This document shows, in pieces, positions 12,001-22,770 of a stretch of DNA of 64,000 nt. The position numbers and the translations under genes are program-made. Source of the stretch: Lingula anatina. Lineage: Eukaryota; Animalia; Brachiopoda. Within the stretch, counting starts at the first letter, position 1; each line of letters starts with the position of its first letter. The stretch lies in assembly GCA_051362555.1 (NCBI GenBank), contig CM120640.1, forward strand, positions 66,752,788-66,816,787, in the 5' to 3' direction. The notes below the pieces were generated by a model. The model made no database searches, was not told the DNA's origin, and worked only from the letters and a program-made list of their open reading frames with translations.

Positions 12001-13094
12001 TATGCTGAGAGAACCAGGTGTTTGTTAGAGGTAAGAGGAACTGTACTGCCCCACTTTAAATCTCAGTATACAGACTCTTGTGGCCAGAAATGTGGGTTTT
12101 TGGTTGTTGATTTTATCAGTTTTTCATTATAAACCTCCCACTGTTGTCAGTATTCTGAAAACAGCAATATTGAGGTTGGCGAGAAATGAGGTCAAAACAA
12201 TGCAAAATTTGACTTTGTTTAGATATTTGCAGAATCATTATAGTATCAACTGGCGTCATGAAGATACCCAGTTGCATTCAATAGCACTTATGGTGCCAAG
12301 TATTGTTATAATAACAGTTTAAACAGTCTCTTGATAACAACAGGCACATACAGAGAATGTCATAACAACATACTTGTTGTTGCCAAATTCATTTAAGTGC
12401 ATGAGGGAGTTTTGCCAGGATTAAACTATTTTTTTGTGATTTTCACCTTTCACCCTACCATGGCATATGTTGGTCACATTGCTTCAACTGTAAATGTTTG
12501 GTGTGCTTAGATACCTCACATTTCTAGGATAAAGCAATCCAGTGTGTTATAGTTGGTGCACTTATAAATAAGATTTTGTCTTTATTTCCATTTTAGTTTG
12601 TGGTGGACCTGTACGAGATACTAGAGAAAGTGGACAAGGCATGTGAACACCTATTTCACATGGATTCCATCTCAGATTTCCTGTATCCTTTCATTAAATG
12701 CTTTGATACTCTTCTATTACTACTTACTATGTAACTACTTCTGTGCAAATAGTTCCAGGCCACCATGTTTGTGGCAACTTCTAAGTGGACTTCATCCTTT
12801 AAGACATACTAGGATGATTGTGCATCCCATAATTCTTAATAGGATTTTGTAGAAGTGCCCTTCACATTCCAAATTTAGCTTCATTGTTGTAGTTAAAAAG
12901 TATATGTAAAGAAATCAATCTCATATGCTTCCTTGACTTATGTCACCAGTTATCACATCAAGTATATGTTTGTAGGAGATGGAGTGAAGGCCGAAGTGGA
13001 TAAAATCATATTCAACTTGAGGCCAGCTCTAAAACTGAGGCTACGTTTTATTTCACAGAGAGGCAAGGAGGAAACGCCTCAACCCAGCCAGTAA
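28..13094 (+). CDS. MED23: Mediator of RNA polymerase II transcription subunit 23 (5'-partial, 27 exons in window)
   Basis: Exons rebuilt by hand with consistent phases: 28-137, 424-519, 936-1139, 1441-1527, 1664-1866, 2107-2180, 2369-2537, 2780-2922, 3421-3589, 3858-4027, 4398-4595, 5273-5339, 5694-5747, 7332-7440, 7666-7737, 7939-8049, 8226-8285, 8787-8894, 9126-9231, 9584-9682, 9842-9979, 10213-10378, 10870-10942, 11066-11265, 11910-12030, 12597-12682, 12950-13094 (stop TAA 13092-13094). The translation has MED23 signatures LLRYVLEQPYSRDMVCNML, SQLLWQHLSSQLIFFVLFQFASFPHMV, ALAPALVETYSRLLVYMEIESLGIKGFISQLLP, CDWRFNEFPNPAAHALH and YHIKYMF...LKLRLRFI, colinear with human MED23 as recalled. 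Confidence 0.97.
5434..5596. repeat. 80-bp tandem duplication in MED23 intron
   Basis: GTTGTCAATAATTTAAAGAAGAAC...AAAAGGGGGGG starts at 5434 and again at 5514; the copies differ only in the homopolymer runs. Confidence 0.9.
6053..6211 (+). pseudogene. Truncated N-terminus of Harbinger (HARBI1-like) transposase
   Basis: MGDYVNQLVRLYDVNRNARCMRTHLPKFNEDDFTDDDFFAWFRFSKKGFNY resembles the 'D..F...FRF.K..F' N-terminal motif of Harbinger transposases; the DDE domain is absent. Confidence 0.7.
6220..6874 (-). pseudogene. Harbinger Myb/SANT-like accessory gene remnant
   Basis: 6874-6686: KGRRPFSDMEKQLLIHLVNREKPILHQRENTNK (start of a Myb_DNA-bind_5-like domain, truncated). 6584-6220, after a TTCCAG acceptor: an acidic Ser-rich linker plus a coiled coil (QREEHNLQMKYLQDRIKFQKEEHEHRMEVLNLQ). 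Confidence 0.72.
9980..10212 (+). other. U12-type (minor spliceosome) AT-AC intron of MED23
   Basis: 5' site ATATCCTTG at 9980; branch point CCTTAAC at 10197-10203; 3' end ..GTCAC at 10212. Splicing gives IVD-T-IAGKTPSPF, matching MED23 (human LVDTMAGKSPGPF). Confidence 0.93.
11211..11610 (+). repeat. Triplicated 81-bp unit spanning a MED23 exon 3' end and its donor site
   Basis: TGTGTCATGCCCTGTGGCACCATGCTAGCATTGGGCAGATCAGTATTCTTCCACA|GTAAGTATAGAGAAGGGAAGGACTAT starts at 11211, 11292 and 11373; the third copy is interrupted by a MITE. Confidence 0.93.
11416..11562. mobile_element. Harbinger/Tourist-like MITE (147 bp)
   Basis: TIRs GGCCCTGTAACTCAAAAGCA / TGCTTTCGAGTTACGGGGCC, flanked by CAG and CTG. 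The empty site (GATCAGTATTC) is visible in the two neighbouring repeat copies. Confidence 0.88.
12683..12949 (+). other. U12-type GT-AG intron (last intron of MED23)
   Basis: 5' site GTATCCTTT at 12683; branch point TTCCTTGAC at 12929-12937; no polypyrimidine tract; CAG ending at 12949. Splicing gives SDFL-YHIKYMF. Confidence 0.9.
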
Positions 13095-13391
13095 CATAGC
13101 TTCAGCAGTTTTGATGGACTCAGCATTATTATAATGATTACTGACCTTCGATCTTACAGGATTATGTGAGGTGGCTTTGTGTTGTTGATAAGGTTTTTAA
13201 AATCAACTTTTGCCAAAGATAAATTGATATTTTTTTGTAAATCAGAGTTCACATCTGTTGCTTAAAGAACCTCTTTCCAAGTGACAGACTACCAAGTAAT
13301 CAGCCCAATCAGGAGAGATAAAACTTAAAGGGGGGGATGTGATCTCCACAAAAGGTGGCAGTATTCATGACATGCTTTGAGCTGTCATGTT

Positions 13392-13519
13392 AATAAATAA
13401 GAGATCAAAAATACGTATTTACAGTTATCTTAAGTACATACAATAAACTTGCGCAATAAAACAATCATGATAAATATTAAGAGTGGTTTCCAGATGTCCC
13501 TGTGCACCCTAAAAATAAA
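13392..13519 (+). terminator. Candidate polyadenylation signals of MED23
   Basis: AATAAA at 13392, 13442, 13455 and 13514, 300-420 nt after the stop. Which one is used is unknown. Confidence 0.45.
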
Positions 13520-13610
13520 GACAGCAGTAGTCACTTATCTGTGAAAAGCTTGCTACACAAAATCCTTGTCTTTGTACAGTAAATGTCTATAATTTTTGAA
13601 GTACAAAATG

Positions 13611-13616
13611 TTTATT
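13611..13616 (-). terminator. Candidate polyadenylation signal of PDE7
   Basis: TTTATT on + (AATAAA on -) at the distal end of a ~1.8-kb non-coding stretch after the PDE7 stop. Confidence 0.35.
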
Positions 13617-15402
13617 TACATGGAAATTGAAAATACACATCTTAATCAGAGACCAGCTTGGCACCAGAAATAAAGTGACAATACTTGTTAACAAAATAAA
13701 GGTGCCTCCAAATGTTTTTATAACTCCCATTTATATACATGCTGCTGACAAATGAACAAACAAAACGTGTTCTTAAAAGTGAACAAATAATGGTGATGAT
13801 ATATTTGAAAATATTTTAACAATGCAGTTTATCCCAGATAAAGACTTAACGTCTAGAAAACAAACTGATGCACATGCAGCCTGATACCAACATTGGTAAT
13901 GTATAACAAATACATTGCACTTTCAAAAATATTTTTATGTCAAACCTTTGTTAATGTTCTGTACTATAATACAACCTCAACTGACACCTTGAATTTACCC
14001 TAAATTAAGTAAGATACTTTTTTCATATTTGGTCTAAAACCAAAATGCAGGAAAAGACTAACAACACTCCATTTCAAGGACATTAATTGTCCAAATGTTT
14101 CATGTTTTTCTCCTTTACTGGCATAAAGACAACTAAATATTTGTCAAATGTAACAAAAGAGAAATATGCCTTAAAATTTCATCACAAATACTGTTATATC
14201 TAACAACATAAACTAGTTGCACATGACTAAGGAGATCAGTATGCAGGATAATTGTCAGTGACTAAAAAAAAACCTGCAACTTGTTAAAAAAATTGGAAAG
14301 TACATGCAACAAAAGAAAATAATAATCTGAAAAATGAGAAAAAATCCTCCACCTTTATACTAGGCAATGCTTGTTTACAACATAATTGTACAGGGAAAAC
14401 AATGTTCAGATATCTACCTCATAACAGAAAATTTTGGAAGGTGAAAAATGTACCATTTTAAACTAAAGTGTTTAACACTCGGGTTACTTCTAATGGATTT
14501 CGGATTTCTTTCATATCTAATTTACATTTCAAAAGTTCTTTGGTCCTATCCAACACTAGATTTTAGCTGTAAAATATATATTTAGCAAAAATATATCTAA
14601 CTTTGAGCCATCCTATGAATTATTTTGGTGTAGGTTTATTTATTAATTCTACTTTTTTCCTATATTTTAACAAGGGTTGGTACAAAATGGGCTTTAAAAC
14701 CTAGTCTTCTCATAATTTAGTGGAAAATGTTCATATAATGACAATCCATAACAGGACAAGAAAGTAAACAACAGCTGATGATCTGCCACCCAAATACTGT
14801 ACAGTTCTTATGGAATAAATCATGGTTTTCCACGATTTCCTCAGCATTAAAGACTACATATAGTTAAGGGAAATTAATGATTTTCCCAGCACTCAATTAA
14901 GTTTCTTAAAAGATAATCTTCATAGGCAATATATTCTAACGTGACAAAGGCAAAGCCCAATTGTATAAAGCATATTTTTTTTTTATCAATCACTGAAAGA
15001 TATACCGACTACACGTTTTTTTAATAAACTGTCTTAATGAGATATAAAACGATGGTCTTGTGCATGTTTAAAAAAAAAAAAAAACAACAACAAAAAAAAA
15101 ATCCATTTCATCCACAGAAAACTTCATGACATTTGTATCATCTTTTCATACAACTTAAAATCTAGTGTGTGTGAACCTGGACTTGACAACTAAAGCCTAC
15201 AAAGTCAAACATTCACCCAGTTTTGGCACCTGGTTAAAATGGTAAAAAGCTTCTTAAAAAATCTACAGCAGATGTTTTTAACTACAAATTGGATTGTGTT
15301 TGCAGATATGCCACTTTCCTAATCAAACAACAAATGCTAGCAAAATCTGATTAACAATAACTAGCAAATAAATGTCTTAAAATGCAGCTTCATTAAAGTT
15401 GA

Positions 15403-18400
15403 CTATAAACTGTGTACAATGCCTGGTTCTGCAGGTGCATCCTCTTCAACTTCTGAAAAAGATTTAAAAATAAAACTAAATCATCTTACTATTCTGCTCT
15501 TGAGAACAGACAAACTCAAAAATCATATTTCATTGCTATAAAGGCATCAGCCCCCTTTTTAAATCCTACAAGAAATCCGATACCAGGAAGCTCTCAAAGA
15601 TTATATCTGTTAAATCATACATCATTTTCTTACATTTAAGAAGGTTAAGCCAACCTACTACTAGGCAGTTAACTAATTGAAAATACTTTTCTAGCCCTCA
15701 GCTATCATAGTTAAGTTAATATTTAAGAATATATACGGTATGGAAAAAAATATGCAATCAATCCAAATAAATCAATTCATACTTGATAGTTCCCGACTCT
15801 TCTCTAGAACTTGCATAGCTGGCTCTTCGACCTGACATATGTTTGATTGTGTGCTGGTGAATGGAGGTATAAAAATATGTGCATCTTTCAGCTCTGCGGC
15901 TTCAAAGTGCCCTGAGGCGTGCAGTTTTGCCTGAGAATCACTATGACTAGAGTGGTGGTGGTGATGGCTAGAGCTATGGAATGTAGGCAATAGAGAACAC
16001 TCCAAACTGTCCACAGCACAATGGGGTAAAGACCACAGCCTCTTGCTGGCAGTGGGTGCAACAGGAATGGTTCCTGTTGACAGCGACTGAGGGTCAGAGT
16101 TTGAGAATTGCTGGTGTGTAATGGAGACAGTGTCCATAAGGGCACTGAGGACAGAGATCTTTGGACGAGATGTCAATGTGTCCAGAGACAAAGCCCTGGT
16201 GCCATTCGACGTCTTTGACAGTTTTTGAGACAACTGGTCCCAGGAGGTCGACTGGTACACCGTTTTGGGTAAACTGCCTCTCCTATTCAGAGAGGTACAT
16301 ATGGGATAGCTCTCCCTCCTCATTTGAAGTTTAAAGACGTCTCTTCGAGGTAACGCTGGTGGCATACTATGCCGCCTAGCACCAAGGAGAGACTGAATCT
16401 CCGCTGGCATTAATAACATAGGGAGCTCATCATCATCATCATCATCATCATCATCAGCCTCATCACCATATTTGCTATCTGTATCTCCCTCAGCATCTAT
16501 GGCATCAAATGTGAATGAAATGTTGTCCACAGGGGACTGAGCTGGGCTAGGATCACTGGATTTGGAAACTGTACCCTCCTCTAAGTCAGCCTCAGGTTCA
16601 TGCATAGTCTCTAACCAGTAACTCCTGTTTAAGTTAATGTTATTTAGTAACTGTTTACTGAGATTAGAGGGTATAAACCGCTGCCATTCACTGAATAAGG
16701 GTCCCACAACAAAGTCCATAAACCCTAAATAAAAGAGATGGAGCATTATGGATTTGTTATTGTGAAAATTCTTACTTATGAATTGTCTATGAAACAGAGT
16801 TTAATTAAAAATCTTTGGATTGTCCAATTCATTCATTGAAAACACTGTACCCAAGATGAAATGTTATATAATATGTCATACGATGGTATTCAATCACTTA
16901 AGTCCTGCTGGATGTTGTTATGGTATTATCAGTTACCTATTTGTATTTTGGCCACTGTGGTTGAGTTTCTATCACAGACTGGTGTCACAGGAAGCTGAAG
17001 GTCCCTCTCACAATCACCTAAAACATAAGGGCAAAGACGGGGGGGGGGGGTTATAGCTGACTAGCTGACTGTTAAAGATTTATTTCTTCCACTTTGATTT
17101 TTATGTATTAATTGCCACAAAGTAATATACTGATCCTGTTAAATGGATCAATTTTGACAAAATATTGGATTATTACTATTTTGACAAAAAATAATTACTT
17201 CCAAAGTCTCCTGATAACAGTTTTAATTGCATGAGGTAGTCCACTAAAAACACTAAACTGAGAAGGTATGCAGCCATCAGATACAAGAATCTGCTTTCAC
17301 TAAAACCAAATTCAAGTTTCCTGCCTTACCCTGTTTAAAGAACTCTTCACACACACTCTGACTCCACTTCCGGCTGATGTCGAGAGGGCGACATGGGTTA
17401 CTGATGTCAGCACATTTTAATGCTATCTGAAGAATACAAAGAAAAATAATACCACATGTACCAAAGTTCAATGCCTATCACACAAACAAAAATTTTATCC
17501 ACATTAACATCCACATTAACATTTGTATCTTGAAATATACTGTTTTACTGGAGGCAAGGTTGGGTTGATATGCAATAAAAGAGCTATGTTCTGCCTCCAC
17601 AAAATTCAATCATCAGAATCAGGAAATATCAATTTCTAAATTTTTAATTTAGGACAAAAATTCCACTCTTACAGACCAACAAAAAAGTACACATTGACAG
17701 AATCACAAGAAAATTAAAATATATACTACAACTCACTTGCATAACAAAATGCCTGTGTTCCTCCTTGTCAAGTTGTAAATCACCATGGTCGTTATGTTTC
17801 TGCAATTAAAATAGGCTTGATAACTCCTTTAAAAACACAAGCATAATACATAAAACAATCTATTATTAACAATAACTTAATAAACAGCAGACATCCCCTA
17901 GGATATCACACTTTTATCTCATAGCAAATAATTTCTGTGACAGTCTCCACTGATTGAAAGAATGAACATTCACTGCTGATATCAATGGTAATAGTCGAAT
18001 TCCATTTCAAACTGTCCAAATAACATTGAACAGTGGTCAAATCTGACATAATCTGAAACAAACTAGCTTTCACAATTACAAAATATATGAGATTGATTCA
18101 TTCTATGTCATTAAAAATAGCAATTTTATCTCTACAGATCTATTCCTGAATCCAAGCTGACCTTGAACTTGCTGAGGAACTCCTGCTGGCGCGTGATATC
18201 AGTGGCAAGGATCAGGGACTTGAGTTGCCGCACACAAAAATGCCTTGAATCAAAAGCATTATCTCAACTAAATGATTCTTATTAAAATACAATCCAATAA
18301 AAAGCTTTGGGAATATACTTTTTTGAAACTGTGCTGTAGTCGTTTCATATCATCATACATAAATCCTGAGGGACAACATTCTTTTGTCTAAGATTAGATC

Positions 18401-21400
18401 TGGGCAAAGTTTCACTTTTTACAAATAACTTTAACACTTCTTTACTACTGAGATTGTCAACATTAAATTGAATGTCATTCAAAACCATTCATATGCAACT
18501 TGCATAACTCTTCAAACATAGGTCAGTTATGAATCTCCTCTATAAAGACTTGTTGTTCTGTCTTTGACAAATGTGGATAAGTGTCTTCTTACCACTGCCT
18601 TGCATTGAGATGACTGAGCATTCCAGACTCATGGAGTATCCCAACTGTTGTTCTCCAGTGATGATTTTCTAAAACTGATGTGTTCTGATGAAAGGAAAGA
18701 CAACATTCATAGTTACACATGACTGATACATTCATAATAGAATTGAAACTACACAAAAAAAAAAGTCGAATAGATAAAAGTTTTGATTTTACTTTTGAAA
18801 AGATCTGCCTCCATTCAACATTACCCTCCTCCTGTTTTTATATCAACCTCTGATCATTTATATTTGAGAAAAAAAAATTAAATCATAGCATGAAACAAGG
18901 CAATTCTGGAGAAGCTGCTGGAAAAAGACTACATGTTTAAATTTTATACTGGAATGTCACCAATTTACTCATTATATTCATGGTATAGATAAAGTACAAG
19001 GCGCTGAGCTTTAAGAGAAATAGAGCAGATAATTGGCGAGGTGAAGCCGAAACAAAAGAATCTGGCTTAAAGCACGAGTAATTAACCCTGTGCATTGGTG
19101 CATGGAACGCATTCGTGGATGACGTGACTTTACACGAAATAAAGCACGGCGCGACCTATTGTCTTTTGACAGGAGAGTACTTAAATCCTGATTAAAATGA
19201 CTGAATCCTACCTGATATAATGAAGCTAAATGATTGGAAGTTGCTATGAGGAATGACTGGTTCACTCCAGGATGGTCCACATCATGGCACATTGCTGCCA
19301 GCAACCCCACCAGAATCTCAAGTTGACTGTAACAATAGGCTATCTGAAAGCATGCACAACTGACATTAAATCTATCCCATAATGTTAGACTCTTGAAAAT
19401 CACTTATTGAATTATTATTTAAAACGTAGCACCCAGCAGGTTTCTTTTGCCTTTACCGTAAAAGCAACAAGGGGCATTTACCTTCCAAAACAATTTGTTT
19501 GCATAAATTACCAAATTTTAATAAATATTTGAAAACTTGGCTTGTACTGAAACATATTTGCATAAAGAATCATAAACTGCAGGTACAAACCCATAAATTT
19601 TACAAATATTCAAACAAGTTGAATTAAACTGGGGGATTCAATTACACTGAAAATTTATACAAAGTTGTGAACACTGTCTAAAGGATGCTGGTCGATATTT
19701 TTTTCCTATTCAACATTAATATTCAGCTACCTTTTGTTCTACTAAGAAGCAGTCCATAGCTTGAGTGACATCTGCTGCATGGACAGCATTGTGGTACGGG
19801 TTACTACTGTGATAACCATCTTCAATTAGAGCTGCAAAAAGAAATACAAGAAATAGAACTACGTCAGCAAAATTGACCTAGCCCACATCACTGCTGATAA
19901 TACTGCAATATGAATGGTTAAGAAAGAAAAGGCTATCTTGCAGCACATTTTATTTACCTTACATTTCTAAGAAATGAATACCCTATGAAGGCATTCAAAA
20001 ACATTAATCAGTATTTCCATGCAAACCTCCCTTTTTTTGGGTAAACAAAACTGTGAAAACAAGATGTTTTGATAACATCATCCTTGTACTGTTTAAAACC
20101 TCTTTTTATGGGCCAATTTTTTTTCTAACCAGGGAAGTTAATTTTTTCAAAACCTTACTGAAAAATGCTTTAAAAAATTTCAATACTTACATAAACATCG
20201 CATTACTTTCACCACGTCAAGGTGAAAACATTGTATGAGCTTGTATTTGTGGAATAAATGGAAGGCAACTGAGTACAAGGCGCGTCCTGAAAAAATAACA
20301 TTATCACATCATCTGAGTAAATTTGTCCGATCCAGTCAAGAAGTGCAGAATATTGAACAAAATTCCCTTAGTGAACATAGTTTTACTAAGTGACTGTAAA
20401 TGACATGATATTTGTCACGCACCTTGTGACCTAGTTATGCCATCTTGGCGAGCTCCTGCCTAATAGTGCACTACATACTGTCAGTAAAACTAGGCTCGCA
20501 GGAGGTGCTATATATATATATATATATATATATAGGCTAGGGCCTCGCTCAACATAAACTTTTTCATGAAACCCACAGTAATTACATGCACATGAGTTAA
20601 TAACTAAGAATAAGTCTGATTTTTTTCTCCTTTTATACTTACTGTCCTAACTGAACTAGGAGACCCTCAAAGACCTAAACTCTCTTTTTTCTTCATTAAT
20701 TTTTACACATTTGGGTATGAAACTATGTGTGTGACATTTTACAAACATGTCATAATTGTTAGTATATGCCAATGTATTCACTTTCATTGATAAAACAATT
20801 CAATCAATTTTTTCTTATTCTTTCATTTGCTCTTTTTTTTATCTTGCTTTGTCTATCTATCCATTACAAAAACATTATTTCAAAACAAACAAGGCCCCAC
20901 AGGTTCCAAAAACATTCACTTGGTGAGAAAATGTCAAATGTCTAATACTTCTTTTCAGTGGGCAATAATATGATCTACTTGCATAAAAATTTTCTATTGG
21001 CCCCATTATTAAACTCAAATAAAATTACATAGCCTTCATTTAACTTATAGTATAACATATAGTAAAATACTTGTAATAGCAACACAAAATTAGACAGCAT
21101 CTCACAGTTCTTTTTAAGTGCTGCTTCCATGTATACACACCCCAGCTCTTCTCAAAGAGCACTAGCACTTCCATTTAAAAGACCTTGTAATCTATTACAA
21201 CACATGATGAACCCATATCAAATTGCTGTTCTCATTCAACTGTCTATTAACAGTGAACAACTGCTCCATTAGTGCACTTCAGTGGCATCACTCTAATTTC
21301 ATTAATGTTTCCAAACAACAAGCAAAACTTGGAAAACTGATGATAAAACCCTAGGGAAAATGTACATGGGTAGGATCAAACAAATAAAGCCGAGAGAAAA

Positions 21401-22725
21401 CAAAGCAAAATATTGTCTTTGTTTACTGCCGTGAGGCAGAGATTATTCCTAGCAACTGTTTAATAATGTGACTATGTAATATTAAAAAATTCATTTTCAA
21501 GGGAAATTGTCAACTCCTATAATTAGTCTTTTGAGATGGCTAGATATTTTGGTTTCATAATTTTTTACTCCTGGGGGCAACTGTCAATATAATTTCAACA
21601 GCACTATAAATAAGACTGCAATATGGTGCCTCAATTTTTTTCTGAAATAGATACCCAAAAGCTAAAATTATGATTAACTTCTATGGCCTTCTGTCTTTTG
21701 GAACTCAAACAACTGGGACTTAATAACAACAGATATGAACACTTTATCCCACATACATGTCTACTTCTTTGGAAAAACAGAGTATAAAAATGATGGATTG
21801 AGCTTGAAAATGGTGTTTGTTAGTATGCATGCATGTGTAACATATTTAATATGTTGCACTGGCAGCCATTTTGAATTTCTCAAAAAGTTAAAGATTAGGG
21901 GACAAAATTACATATTTCAACATATCCCATGACCACATCACATGCAGGTATATTTGACACTATTATCATGTTTAAATACAAATGGAAGCAGGGAGGTGCT
22001 GGTTTTTGATTGCTCATAAAAGTATAGGCAGTCGTTTTTTATTTTTGCTCATGAAATATCATTAAAAGGGACTCTCCTACCAAAATCTATATTTTTACGA
22101 CAGGTTCAGCTAAAACCACAACCTGCCTGACTAAAAATTTACGTAAGTAAGAAGCTGGTGGTTTTGTAAAATAATTCTGCAGAAATCATATTAAACTGAA
22201 GGAAGCCTCTGAGACTTTTTCAAACCACAAATTAGTTCACAATTTGAAACAGGTTGTCAGTCATTCGCAGCTTCATGCTACAGATCTAATGTACTCTGTT
22301 TCTATTACTTACCACAATAGCACTAATATTGTGAGTATGAAAGACCTAAATTCCTTTTATTGTCTCATTAATAAATGGGCAAAAATTTCAGAACGAAACT
22401 ACTTGGCTACAAAAGACAAATTGTTCCATCACCCTCATCTTTACAAAGTTAAGAGTTGTATGATAAACTGAATCATCTTTAAATCTCCAAATCCTACAGA
22501 ACTTAAGGGAAAATACTCAATCTCATTTCATAGTACCAAAGATCAAAACTAAAACATTTCTGCAACATTTTTATTCCTTTTTCTTTACCTAGTTTTCAGA
22601 GGACTGTGTTTATTTGATCTTAGTGTACAAATCTGCTTTTTTTTTTAATTTCTTCACACTAATATATTTGTATAACTTCAAATCTTTTGGTTATTTAGTG
22701 TTTTTTATGAATGTATTATTATTAA

Positions 22726-22770
<45 letters not shown>

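Noticed and set aside
22312-22345. Minus-strand AG...GTAAGT as a possible extra PDE7 exon
   Set aside because: It has an in-frame TAG in the required phase, and the true exon is 20286-20191.
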